Shown here: one piece after another, positions 54,939-64,000 of the stretch | How positions within the stretch are numbered: position 1 is the stretch's first letter | How the letters are laid out: the number at the start of each line of letters is the position of its first letter | Source: a virus | Taxonomy: Duplodnaviria; Caudoviricetes | Virus record (IMG/VR): IMGVR_UViG_2663763243_000005 | Location: 14,632-78,631 of that record | Length of the DNA: 64,000 nt | Strand: one strand, 5' to 3' | The notes under the pieces: generated by a model | What the model was told of the DNA's origin: nothing | Databases searched by the model: none | What the model saw: the letters and a program-made list of their open reading frames with translations, nothing else | Translations under genes and position numbers: made by a program

Positions 54939-56330
54939 CTATTTCTTAGTTGATAATCGTTGTATTTCCCTTAACTGCTGGGCGGTATTACTATCATCTG
55001 TTGGACCGTTTTGAACTTGATTGGGCGGTGTACTCTGTGGCTGCCCTTTCCCTTGCTGTGTCTGCTGTCGCAGTTGTTTCCATGCCATAAAGAACTGTTG
55101 ATCCTGCGGGCTATTCAGGTCGGGAACTTCACCAAACTCTTTTCGATACTCACCGGAAAATGCTTCCAACTCAGCTGGGTCAATCTGAGATTGATTCTGA
55201 GAACCACGGCCCCCACCAACACCATAGAGTTCAGATGCTTGCTGGCGGCGCTGCTCAGAGTTGCCCTTAATCTCCAGCTTTGCGGCGGCCAACTGTTTTT
55301 CATCCATCATCGCGCCATCTTTATTTAGCGCGGCCAGCTGCTTACCCTCATCTTTGCTGATATCCAACAGTTCTTTGCGATAGCCCTCACTTTCCTGACG
55401 CATGGCGGCTTTATCTGGCGGGTTAACCATACTGCCAATAAACTTGGCTCGTTCTGGCTGGTTAAGTTGCCCTACCATCTGGCTATAGCCTCTGACTTTA
55501 TTCATAAACTCATCGATAGGGATTTTCGCTACCTGGTTATCATTCACATCAGCAGAACCAAATTGGGTCATAGGTTTGTTGGCGGTCGAACCATCGCTGT
55601 AGGTGACTTTCAGACCGGGAATAACAAACTTACCATCTTCACTGATACCAATATGTGCCAACTCTTTGCTCTTAATCTTCTTCCCTGACTCTGGATCGAC
55701 TTCATCAATATTGCGTTCAATATATGGGGCAAGCACAGTATTCATCGTTTTTAATACTTTCGGGTCGTTATAGTTCATTTCCCCGGAAAGCACCTTCGGC
55801 ATAATCTGGTTAATCTCCATCACGTTATCAATTGCTCCCTGACCAAAGAAACGAGATGGATGCAGTGGATTATCCTTTGAAATTTGCCCATACAATTGGG
55901 GGTCAACCTGACCGGAGGTTTCAATCTGCTTGTACAGCGCCTGAACAACCGGCATTTCTTCTTGCATGCGCTGCTGGCGTTCAGCTTGAGAACGCTGGAA
56001 ATTAAACTCGCTCTTACGCATATTGAGTTCCTGCGCCCGCATCCCTAAGCTGGCATTGGCCGTGCGCTGACTCGCCTGCGCCAAGCCATAGTTCTTATTC
56101 CACTGCTCATCACCCACGCTATCACGCTGCGATTTATATTGGTGATCACGATTGTCGGTCTCTTTGCGCCAATCCACCTGATCTTTCGCCAGGCCATAGT
56201 TACGATCAGAGTCCTTAACCTGTTGCTGTTGTGCCGCATCCCGCAAACCTAGCTCGCGATTACGGCTAATCGCCTGATCCGCCGTGTTGAAGCCCGCCAG
56301 AAATCCGTCAGCTAAACCTTGTACACCCAT
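54939..56330 (-). CDS. Internal virion/DNA ejection protein
   Basis: GLADGFLAGF N-terminus, Q-rich coiled coil; precedes the giant protein. Confidence 0.7.
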   Translation of the reverse strand: MGVQGLADGFLAGFNTADQAISRNRELGLRDAAQQQQVKDSDRNYGLAKDQVDWRKETDNRDHQYKSQRDSVGDEQWNKNYGLAQASQRTANASLGMRAQELNMRKSEFNFQRSQAERQQRMQEEMPVVQALYKQIETSGQVDPQLYGQISKDNPLHPSRFFGQGAIDNVMEINQIMPKVLSGEMNYNDPKVLKTMNTVLAPYIERNIDEVDPESGKKIKSKELAHIGISEDGKFVIPGLKVTYSDGSTANKPMTQFGSADVNDNQVAKIPIDEFMNKVRGYSQMVGQLNQPERAKFIGSMVNPPDKAAMRQESEGYRKELLDISKDEGKQLAALNKDGAMMDEKQLAAAKLEIKGNSEQRRQQASELYGVGGGRGSQNQSQIDPAELEAFSGEYRKEFGEVPDLNSPQDQQFFMAWKQLRQQTQQGKGQPQSTPPNQVQNGPTDDSNTAQQLREIQRLSTKK

Positions 56331-56342
56331 AATAATGATCCT

Positions 56343-56603
56343 TTAGAAGAAACTACTGGCCAGCAAACCCACTGCGGCACCAATACCCGCACCAATCGGC
56401 CCACCCGCAGCACCATAGGTGGCACCCACCGCCATGCCAGTACCGGCCCCGACGCCAATCATGCTCATTTGGCTCTGTTTCTGTTGGGATTTGAGCTGCT
56501 CATTGGCAGATTCGCGCTGTATCTCACGGTTAGAAGCATCACCTAGCCCTTGCATGGCCTGCTGCCGAGTATCCCGTGCAACATCAATCAGTCCGTATCC
56601 CAT
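56343..56603 (-). CDS. Small ejection protein with glycine zipper
   Basis: C-terminal GPIGAGIGAAVGLL. Confidence 0.7.
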   Translation of the reverse strand: MGYGLIDVARDTRQQAMQGLGDASNREIQRESANEQLKSQQKQSQMSMIGVGAGTGMAVGATYGAAGGPIGAGIGAAVGLLASSFF

Positions 56604-56986
56604 TAGTGACTCCCCCCGCCAATACTCATTTGCTCACGTAGACTTGCACTGCCACCGGTTAAAATATTCATCTGCCGATCTTGCTCAGCCTCCCGGATTC
56701 CATTCTTCGCCCCGGCAGTGGCCAGTGCCGAGCGCAGACCTAAACTGTTATCGTTCGGGTTTGCCGTCTGAGTAGTGCCATAACGCGCCAACTGATTTTG
56801 AGTACCCAACTGAGCAGAACGCAGACTGTTGGCAGAGCTATCACTGACGCGGGTTAATTGCTGATTCATCAGTTCGCCGCTGGTAGCCAAACCCATCAGC
56901 TCTTTTTGCTTTGGATAAAAACGAGTGAGCCAATCGTTATACTGATCACGAATAAGATTGGCATAGGTATCAGATGCTTGTCCCAT
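56603..56986 (-). CDS. Small virion protein
   Basis: Coupled ORF; AGGAGG RBS. Confidence 0.7.
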   Translation of the reverse strand: MGQASDTYANLIRDQYNDWLTRFYPKQKELMGLATSGELMNQQLTRVSDSSANSLRSAQLGTQNQLARYGTTQTANPNDNSLGLRSALATAGAKNGIREAEQDRQMNILTGGSASLREQMSIGGGSH

Positions 56987-57001
56987 AACTACCTCCTATC
57001 A

Positions 57002-57637
57002 TTAGCTGCCGCCAAAGATGCCAGTGGATTTACTACTCACGTCTTTGAGACCATAAGTCGATTTGCTGCTGACATCCTTTACCCCATAATTACGAGCGGC
57101 CATACCACCCGCAGCACCAACTAATTGCCCTACTGCCTGTCGGTCGCTAAGTGACTTCTGTGCATCGCTGGTCGCTTTACTTAAACTCTGGCTGGCAATG
57201 TTGCTATAACCAGACAGTGCATCAGCTTTTTGCCCTGAACCCATAGCGACAACATCCTGTAAGCCGGCGACATATTTATCCTGTTGTGAGGTTTGCGCCC
57301 GGTTGGTGGTGTCGATTTGCCCTGCTACTTGGTCACTTTGCAGCGTTTGCAGTGCTCCCTGAAACTTACCGCTACTCGGATCAACACCACCGGCTGCCAG
57401 TTCCGTCGCCGCCTGTTGGCGTGCCTTACCAAACTCCTGTTGATAACCTAAGTTGACGGTCCCAGCAGCATCATCGTATTTCGACTCGTTATTCATACTG
57501 TCTACTTTGCTAATAAACAGATTTTCCATTGGCTTAAGTTCGTTCTGGTACAGCGTCCATTGTTTACCCGCAATTTCAGCCGCTGCCAGTTCCTGAGAGG
57601 TTTCTTTAACCTCGGTGCTACCGCCACCTTTGCCCAT
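57002..57637 (-). CDS. Internal virion protein
   Basis: MGKGGGS N-terminus, GVDPSSG motif, Ala/Gln-rich. Confidence 0.75.
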   Translation of the reverse strand: MGKGGGSTEVKETSQELAAAEIAGKQWTLYQNELKPMENLFISKVDSMNNESKYDDAAGTVNLGYQQEFGKARQQAATELAAGGVDPSSGKFQGALQTLQSDQVAGQIDTTNRAQTSQQDKYVAGLQDVVAMGSGQKADALSGYSNIASQSLSKATSDAQKSLSDRQAVGQLVGAAGGMAARNYGVKDVSSKSTYGLKDVSSKSTGIFGGS

Positions 57638-57652
57638 AATGACCTCCCATTT

Positions 57653-57799
57653 TCACCACCAACGAACTACGGATAGCACGCTGGCCACACCATATAAAAT
57701 ACCGACCAGTACAGTGAAGTAATACATGCGCCGGAGTGTTTTACTTCGTTCAAACAGTTCTAGAGCTTTCACAACCCATTCTCCTAGGTTAATATTCAC
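57653..57799 (-). CDS. 48-aa single-TM peptide ending RWW (type I toxin-like)
   Basis: Below ORF-track cutoff: (M)NINLGEWVVKALELFERSKTLRRMYYFTVLVGILYGVASVLSVVRWW; SD-like GGAG before two possible GTG starts. Confidence 0.6.
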   Translation of the reverse strand: MNINLGEWVVKALELFERSKTLRRMYYFTVLVGILYGVASVLSVVRWW

Positions 57800-57801
57800 C
57801 C

Positions 57802-57872
57802 ATCTTCTCCCTTGCCTTTTTCAAGGTGCAGAAAGTAGAAAGCCCCGACTGCGGCTAACAGTTCGGGGCTTT
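57802..57872 (+). ncRNA. Predicted antisense RNA to the RWW peptide leader
   Basis: TTCACA-16-TAATAT (57768-57795); ends in hairpin AAAGCCCCGA...TCGGGGCTTT. Confidence 0.45.
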
Positions 57873-57892
57873 CGCTTATCTACTCGTTTACA

Positions 57893-58267
57893 TTAAACCG
57901 GTATTTTGAATTTCATCAGTCCATCTTCGTCCACCAGACGCTCAAAACCGAGACGCCGCGCAATTCGGATAAACCCTTTTCGTGCTGTATAAAACTCCGC
58001 CCAGCGCCCGCCTATCATCCGAGTCAGTTGCTGAACCTCTGGGGTGTACTTAACCAAACCTTGCTGCCCGCTACTAATACCCAGCCAAACCACCACATAA
58101 GGAATGCCTTCTTTCATTCGCGGGCGCAGGACTATCACTGCATCGTCCGCTGAAAAGCAAAACGCCTGCTTGTTACGGCAGGCGTCTTGGACATGAATGA
58201 GCAAATCAGGATCACCAGCATCGCTAGCGATTTGCGCCAGTTTAGAATTTAAAATAGTTTGCTGCAT
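57893..58267 (-). CDS. GNAT-like virion morphogenesis protein
   Basis: 124 aa, RKGF...ARRLGF C-terminal pattern; precedes the ejection genes. Confidence 0.6.
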   Translation of the reverse strand: MQQTILNSKLAQIASDAGDPDLLIHVQDACRNKQAFCFSADDAVIVLRPRMKEGIPYVVVWLGISSGQQGLVKYTPEVQQLTRMIGGRWAEFYTARKGFIRIARRLGFERLVDEDGLMKFKIPV

Positions 58268-59240
58268 CCAACACCATGATAGGGATACTTGAAACGTAAT
58301 AGGTTAATGGGCCATGGGATGCCGGTTGATTTCTGGCCCATCCCCAAGCAGGGCCAATCTGCGTGCCGTTGCTGTTCACCCAGACATAAACCTGCCACGG
58401 GTAACTGTACATCGCACCAATATTGCACGGCGCGTACATGGGTCGGGCAATGCCCTCGATACTCCGCATTGAGCCTAATGCTGCACCGGTTAAAGGAACC
58501 AATTTAGGGCGGGCCAAAATATCGTAGCCCGAGTTATAAACCACTGAGCCATTTTGTTTCGAATAGATTTCCAAGCCATATTTGCTGCGATTTAACTCAC
58601 CATTACCAAAAATACAGACCTTGGCTCTAATGGTCGCGCCGCCACCGCCATTGACATAAAAAACCCGATATCGGCGGTCAGTGGGGTCAGGCGACATACA
58701 AATGGTTTTACTGGCATCTGTTGTGTAGAAATAACACATCACCTGATCGGCTGCGAAGGCCGGATTAATATTACTGGGTAACCAGCCATCATTTATATCA
58801 ACTTCACCTTTAAATAACAGGCAAGAGAATTGACTGATATTGCTAATGCCGGTGAAGTTATTAACCCCCATAAATTGGATACCATAACCGCCCACCGATC
58901 CAGAAGCGGGCCAGATATAAACACCATAATATGAAGCAGGAATTGCACCATAATAATTAACTGAGTTTACTTTCAGTGTACGGTTAGCGTCTAAATAAGG
59001 TTGATTATAAGCGAATCCACCTGGTACCCACTGACTACCACTAACGGTGTAATCAAGCCAGGCATAAGAAGACATCCAAAGAAAATAGTCATAGCCAGAA
59101 GGAATAGTAATCCCCGTATTCCATTCCCCATATGAAGTACCTTTACTGCCCATGCCAACTATTTTAGTGACCGTAGTTTTGTTATCCATCACCACCGATG
59201 TGCCATCAGGACGGAAGACTTCTAAACCGTAGCGCGACAC
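58242..59240 (-). CDS. Tail tip accessory protein
   Basis: Repeated YGLE(V/I)/YGIQ modules, Gly/aromatic-rich; follows the J-like gene. Confidence 0.65.
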   Translation of the reverse strand: MSRYGLEVFRPDGTSVVMDNKTTVTKIVGMGSKGTSYGEWNTGITIPSGYDYFLWMSSYAWLDYTVSGSQWVPGGFAYNQPYLDANRTLKVNSVNYYGAIPASYYGVYIWPASGSVGGYGIQFMGVNNFTGISNISQFSCLLFKGEVDINDGWLPSNINPAFAADQVMCYFYTTDASKTICMSPDPTDRRYRVFYVNGGGGATIRAKVCIFGNGELNRSKYGLEIYSKQNGSVVYNSGYDILARPKLVPLTGAALGSMRSIEGIARPMYAPCNIGAMYSYPWQVYVWVNSNGTQIGPAWGWARNQPASHGPLTYYVSSIPIMVLDAANYFKF

Positions 59241-59306
59241 TGCCAGACACCATTAAAATTAAACTCAGGGGGAGGATTCTTACCCACGGACATACACGCG
59301 GTTAAA

Positions 59307-60413
59307 CTAATCAAGCTTGCCAAGACGAACCATAAGCGCACCTTTCTCATCATAAACCTCTATTCTCTCGTTAGTGATAACAAGGCCGATGCTGCCCGCA
59401 CCTTGTCTAATAGTGATTCTTCCCGTATTTGAAACACTGAATAGGTCGCCAATTTTCAGATTACCGACGGCGTCTACGGTGAATTTACCGTTATTGATAA
59501 TTGCGCTATTGAGCGTGGGCGTTGAAATGCTGATTCCTGCTTTAACTTCATCAGCGATAATGGTTTGAGCATTTAAAATTTTGATGGTGGCTTCACGGAT
59601 AGCAGCTTCATCAATAACTACTCGCCCGTCAGAAATAGAAAACGGAATAGCATAAGAACCGGTATCAGTAGGATTGTTTGGGTCAAAGACAAAAAACTGA
59701 CTGGCCGATATGGCGACCTGAGCAATGGGTTTACCCTCAGCATCCCTGCCAGCGACAATTCCGATACCTGCGGTGATGCCGCTGGCATCAACTTTGGTGC
59801 TCCACATTTTTTGAAATGCCTGGCCGCCATTCTGGTCAAGATCATTGACGCTATTGGCGAGATCACCGATTAATGGCGATTCATTAATTTCCTTATTAAT
59901 CAGGTCAATGATTTCATCAATATCAGCAGCGGTTTTGGCCGGAGTTCCCTCACTGGCATTAAATGGCCCCGCCACACCTGCGGAGTTAATAAAGCGGATC
60001 CAGTAATAACCTTGCCAACCCGGATCAACCGGGTCGCCATAAACCGCCGCCGCCGAGCTGGCTACCATCACCGCATTAGCCAGGTTATCTTCAGTGCTGC
60101 GATAGATTTCCGTCAGCGAATGCCCACGGTAATTCGGCATCTCCCATTCCAGCAGTACCGCGCCAAAACCGCCGTTGGCTTTAAAGTTTCGTGGTTGAGT
60201 GGGAAAAGAGGGGGCTGGGCCAGTATTATCATTGGGATGAGGTTTGAGCTGTAATTTACCGCCCGCCCCTGCACGTAACTTGGCTAAATCCAAATCAGCC
60301 AACTCGGCATAAGTGACGGCACGATTACGACCGTCACCGCGCTGCCCGGTCAACACCTCAATATTTTCAGAGAGTGCCGCAGCATCACGACCCGCACGGA
60401 ATCCTTTGGTCAT
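59307..60413 (-). CDS. Tail tip fibre protein (Fn3-like + DUF1983-like)
   Basis: WSTKVD...AGIGI...ASQF...PF....G.V.I..A.I; C-terminal IEVYDEKG..VRLG. Confidence 0.75.
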   Translation of the reverse strand: MTKGFRAGRDAAALSENIEVLTGQRGDGRNRAVTYAELADLDLAKLRAGAGGKLQLKPHPNDNTGPAPSFPTQPRNFKANGGFGAVLLEWEMPNYRGHSLTEIYRSTEDNLANAVMVASSAAAVYGDPVDPGWQGYYWIRFINSAGVAGPFNASEGTPAKTAADIDEIIDLINKEINESPLIGDLANSVNDLDQNGGQAFQKMWSTKVDASGITAGIGIVAGRDAEGKPIAQVAISASQFFVFDPNNPTDTGSYAIPFSISDGRVVIDEAAIREATIKILNAQTIIADEVKAGISISTPTLNSAIINNGKFTVDAVGNLKIGDLFSVSNTGRITIRQGAGSIGLVITNERIEVYDEKGALMVRLGKLD

Positions 60414-62038
60414 GCTGGCATCTCCGCCATTGAGGTACTCAGGGTAATACGGTCAACTTGCGCGTAACCCCAGACCTCAACCGTCCATTTGCGGCCGGTG
60501 ATCGGCGGCAACTTCAGAAGCCCATCCATTAAGGAGCCCGGCGGCAGCGACAGCACCGGCGCACCATCAACAATCAAATTGACCCCCACGCGAATTACAC
60601 TCTCACTCATGATGCGCAAGCAGGAAAATGAGGTGCCGGGAGGGGCCAGAAATGGCTTGCTGCGCCATGTAATCGGCAACGGCGTGGTGCTGACTTGAGA
60701 GATGGTTAATTTATCGCCTTTAATGGTGTAGAGCGTATCCGACTCCAGATCATTAAAAGCAGTATCAAAAACGGTGGTCAGGTGGCGGATATCCATCGCT
60801 TGCGGATCGAAAATAAATCCGGCGCTGGTTCCTTTTTCCGTCTGGTAAATCGCCAGATATTCGCCTTCCACCTGCCATGCTTTGATACTTTCAGGATTGA
60901 AGTTTTTCCGCCATTGCCGTGGCTCGATAATCTGCTCAGTGGCAACTAATGCATTGCCAGCACTATCAACCGATACCAACCCATTGGGTGACGCGTAGAG
61001 CGCAAAGCTATCCATACTCACCATGCTGCGGCGGCTGACACAGGCTTGCATCACCGGTAACTTGGCGTTGGTTATATTGGACGGAGTGATACCACTGAAC
61101 AGATAAGGCCGCCCTTTGGTTCCCACCACCAGCCCGGCACCAATAGGTGCAATAGCCACAATATCGTGCTCGGTACTTTGCTTGTAATTTTCCGGCCAGG
61201 CATAGGGGAGAAACGCCTCAGAGAACATGACTTGGTTACCAGCAAAACCAGCGGCTATACCGTTTGCCATCAGGCACAAACCAATCATTTCATCTGGCGG
61301 CATCAGGAAGTTTTCGGTTTCCAATACCGGCCCAAGTTCTTTATCAAGCAAAGTGTCCTGATACACAAGCACACCAACGTCCAACTCGACCAACAGCAGA
61401 TAATCAGCAACCCCACCGCCAGATGCAGAGCGATAAATGCGGCGGCGGGTGATATTTGAATTCTGGCTGCCCGGTGGTTGCAGGGCGAGATCTACGCTAC
61501 TGCCGGGGTACACAATGGTCACTTCCTGCGAAACTGGCCCCGGCGGCCCCTCTTCCCCGTAGCCCGTGACATAGGTTTCAACATAAAAACGGGTATCGTC
61601 ATCGGTTGGATCATCATCACCATGATCAGCTGGCGGCGTAATTGCAGTGACCTCAATAGGATTAACTGGAGCTGGAATGCCCAGCCGAAAACTCACCGCC
61701 GGGAAATTACCCTCTCCTTGAGTCGCTATTTCATTGCTGGTGACCTTGGGATATTTGCCATCAGTGAAATAGACCCGCTCATATTTATCCTGCGCCACCG
61801 GGCTGCGGATTGCATCTGCCAAGTCAGTCCAGGCAAACCAATAATCATCGCGGTAACGGAAAATAGTGGTTGGCTTCAACTTAAATGTTTTCCCACTATC
61901 AACATCCGCCATAACCGGTGTAATAACGCCGTGGCGAAAATGGCAGTTTTTAGCAATGGTCGCCGCTTGCTCTGGCAATAGATGTGGCACTGCCCGCGGC
62001 ATTTCGCCACGCATGGTAGTGATATCGATAGCTGACAT
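60410..62038 (-). CDS. Tail nozzle/stabilisation-type protein
   Basis: 542 aa beta-rich; FSE...PYAWP, ACVSRRS and TWRSKPF motifs. Confidence 0.7.
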   Translation of the reverse strand: MSAIDITTMRGEMPRAVPHLLPEQAATIAKNCHFRHGVITPVMADVDSGKTFKLKPTTIFRYRDDYWFAWTDLADAIRSPVAQDKYERVYFTDGKYPKVTSNEIATQGEGNFPAVSFRLGIPAPVNPIEVTAITPPADHGDDDPTDDDTRFYVETYVTGYGEEGPPGPVSQEVTIVYPGSSVDLALQPPGSQNSNITRRRIYRSASGGGVADYLLLVELDVGVLVYQDTLLDKELGPVLETENFLMPPDEMIGLCLMANGIAAGFAGNQVMFSEAFLPYAWPENYKQSTEHDIVAIAPIGAGLVVGTKGRPYLFSGITPSNITNAKLPVMQACVSRRSMVSMDSFALYASPNGLVSVDSAGNALVATEQIIEPRQWRKNFNPESIKAWQVEGEYLAIYQTEKGTSAGFIFDPQAMDIRHLTTVFDTAFNDLESDTLYTIKGDKLTISQVSTTPLPITWRSKPFLAPPGTSFSCLRIMSESVIRVGVNLIVDGAPVLSLPPGSLMDGLLKLPPITGRKWTVEVWGYAQVDRITLSTSMAEMPA

Positions 62039-62055
62039 AGTGAGTGATTTCCGAC

Positions 62056-62099
62056 AGGCATAAAAAAAGCCCCACTAAAAAGTGAGGCTTGGCATCTTT
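62056..62099 (-). terminator. Intrinsic terminator, copy 2 of the 44-bp repeat
   Basis: Identical to 54057-54100. Confidence 0.8.
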
Positions 62100-62319
62100 G
62101 GGTAATTTAGCGCGTTGTTGATAAGAGAGCAATGGGGTATTTATTTAATTTAAGGCGCATAACGACCAGGCTGCGAGGTAGAGGATATTTTTCAATATAT
62201 GTGGGAAATATCTGATGTTGTTATATTTTCAGAATTTTGCTCGCCATAATTGTTTGGAGTAATCATCCAAATCCAATATGCTTAGGCGGGAATATATAGG
62301 GCAATAACAAGGAAAAGTT

Positions 62320-62775
62320 ATGGATACGGTTGAGCAACTCAATGGAACATATTTTTATAAAGGAATGGTAAACCTTACGCCGCAGGAATTATTATTTTGG
62401 GTTATGATTGACGTTACAGAGGAGCAGTTAGGTGTACAAGATATGGTAGCTGTTGCATCCCTTATTCTTGGCGGTAACTATATTTCAGTCCCCGGAAAAC
62501 CATTAACTGCAACGCCGGGAACCTCCCCCGCCTCCCTATTTTTTAGAAAACATCTACGCTATACCTTTAAGAGTCGGGTTCTTCCTACTCTCACACAAAA
62601 ATCTTTTAGCTTAAGAAAGATAAAAATATTTTGGGTAAACAACCTAGGGGCGTTTGTTGGTCGTGCTGTCCCTGTCGTTGGATGGATTATTTTAGCTAAT
62701 GATATAACTCAGATCAGCATTAAGACGGCTACACGCTACAACAATATTGTCCGAATGGAAGATCAATTATGGTAA
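62320..62775 (+). CDS. STM2901-family protein
   Basis: MDTVEQLNGTYFY.G..NL...EL.FW...GTSPAS...LGAFVGRAVPVVGW. Confidence 0.8.
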   Translation: MDTVEQLNGTYFYKGMVNLTPQELLFWVMIDVTEEQLGVQDMVAVASLILGGNYISVPGKPLTATPGTSPASLFFRKHLRYTFKSRVLPTLTQKSFSLRKIKIFWVNNLGAFVGRAVPVVGWIILANDITQISIKTATRYNNIVRMEDQLW

Positions 62776-63095
62776 CGTCCCCCAATGTTGAACAGCAGGT
62801 TATCGAGTTTTTTAAAAAAGAACTTCCTTTGGTAACAACAATTACCTTCAAAAAAATCCCTGTTGAAGTCGATTCTGCGCTGCAAAATAATTTTGTATTT
62901 GAAGACATAAGTGATGCCACCGACGCCTATTTCAAAGCATTTAACGTCAATTATGATAATTTCTATTGGAGTAATTATTTTCCTTGGAAAGAAAAAGGAC
63001 TCTTTTCTCGTAAAGAACCTATCCAAAATAAAAAGCCACTGACAATAAGAATGTTTGCAGAATCTGCAAAAGCTGGCCGCTGGCTATACGATTGA
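62769..63095 (+). CDS. DUF1493-family protein
   Basis: YF..FNV....F.W.NYFP...PLTIRMFAESAKAGRWLYD. Confidence 0.85.
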   Translation: MVTSPNVEQQVIEFFKKELPLVTTITFKKIPVEVDSALQNNFVFEDISDATDAYFKAFNVNYDNFYWSNYFPWKEKGLFSRKEPIQNKKPLTIRMFAESAKAGRWLYD

Positions 63096-63129
63096 AATAG
63101 CCGGGTAATTAAGCCCGGTTTTGCTATCC

Positions 63130-63522
63130 CTATTCCGGCGCTGTCGGCCACCCAATATCCGGCGCAAGAGAAACATCAGCGTTTTTCACTGCAATACGGT
63201 ATTGCTTCCACGCTTTCAAATCAGATCGCAGTTTATCTGGCACATCTTCTTCACTATCCACCAGCCCCTCAATCTCATCAGTAATAGCACCAATGATGTC
63301 CGATGCGTGAGATAAAATAGCTGTTTGCTTTTGCGTAGCTTCAATAATCATCTGTTGCAGAACGCGCGGCGCGGGGCCAGGTAACCATTCACCATTTTCA
63401 TTTGCGTAGTAAGTAGGATCGGGTCGTGGGCCAGACATGATGACGTAGCTATCTGGCAAAGCAAAAGGTTCGATGTAAGAAATACTCTCGGTAGATTCAC
63501 CGGGTATCGCGTAAATAACCAT
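63130..63522 (-). CDS. Tail fibre assembly protein
   Basis: LKAWKQYRI.V...D...APDI.WP..PE C-terminus. Confidence 0.85.
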   Translation of the reverse strand: MVIYAIPGESTESISYIEPFALPDSYVIMSGPRPDPTYYANENGEWLPGPAPRVLQQMIIEATQKQTAILSHASDIIGAITDEIEGLVDSEEDVPDKLRSDLKAWKQYRIAVKNADVSLAPDIGWPTAPE

Positions 63523-63529
63523 AGTTACC

Positions 63530-64000
63530 TCAATCTATTGTCCATACAGCAACTCTGTATGGGAGTGTTGTAGCAACATTGGCATTATTTGAAAATCCAT
63601 TTAAAGTCAATGGGCTATACGAACCGAGCTGTTGGTTTGCAGAAACCACAACAATCTTGTCATCTACATATGAAGCGGCTATCCCATAGGATGATGAACC
63701 AGAACCAATATTACTACCGTCTCGCATTTCACCCCATGCACCAACTAGAACTTCAACACGGCAATCGGTTTTTCTGCCGGGAAATGGGTTAGTAACTTCA
63801 ACGCGCTGTGACAGGGTTATATTTCCCGGTGATGCCTGAGTTCCTCCTGGGTAAACATATGCGAATTGTGGTTGCTTTCTAGCCTCTAATGTCGTGACTC
63901 GAGTTGTCAGCAATGTTATTTGAGTCGCCAGCTCCAGCGCATTTATCTGACCTTCATTGAATGCCGTACCAGCAAGTAGAATGACATAGCAACCCGTTGC
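63530..64000 (-). CDS. Tail fibre protein, C-terminal part (5' end outside window)
   Basis: Frame stays open to the window edge (ATGCYVILLAGTAFNEGQINALELATQI...); upstream of the Tfa gene. Confidence 0.75.
   Translation of the reverse strand, partial: ATGCYVILLAGTAFNEGQINALELATQITLLTTRVTTLEARKQPQFAYVYPGGTQASPGNITLSQRVEVTNPFPGRKTDCRVEVLVGAWGEMRDGSNIGSGSSSYGIAASYVDDKIVVVSANQQLGSYSPLTLNGFSNNANVATTLPYRVAVWTID

Larger units (their letters stand above)
41989..64000. mobile_element. Prophage B: short-tailed-type temperate phage, late/cargo end (continues beyond window)
   Basis: Cargo genes, then giant ejection protein, small ejection proteins, tail genes, fibre chaperone and fibre, all on - strand; layout reminiscent of 933W-like phages. 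Confidence 0.85.

Overview
The window is all prophage DNA from an enterobacterial host. Yersinia-like is a guess from gene style only. No rRNA, tRNA, CRISPR or housekeeping gene is seen. Two prophages abut at an att junction at 41965-41988, whose core matches the 3' end of the SdsR/RyeB sRNA. Prophage A (1 to ~41988, left end outside the window) is a lambdoid-regulated, contractile-tailed phage. It carries tail, baseplate, head and terminase genes (- strand), a pinholin/SAR-endolysin/spanin lysis cassette, Q, a C5 methylase, a replication gene, a YdaT-Cro-CI switch, recombination genes, xis and int. Prophage B (~41990 to beyond 64000) shows a cargo block, then a short-tailed-phage type late region with a 2727-aa polyvalent ejection protein, small ejection proteins, and tail and fibre genes. 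Cargo includes a YafO toxin with a non-YafN partner, a ParB-N/Mom/HTH DNA-modification operon, a RexAB-like pair, a PRTase + NADAR pair, an unknown two-gene operon, a DUF4145 gene and an STM2901/DUF1493 pair. The most unusual signal is non-coding. One 16-nt box (CGAGGTATGACCAATG) covers the Shine-Dalgarno and start codon of six early genes including xis. A predicted ~110-nt antisense RNA (37401-37512, own promoter and terminator) carries the exact complement, suggesting one sRNA silences a set of phage genes. Family names come from motif recognition by eye, not database searches.
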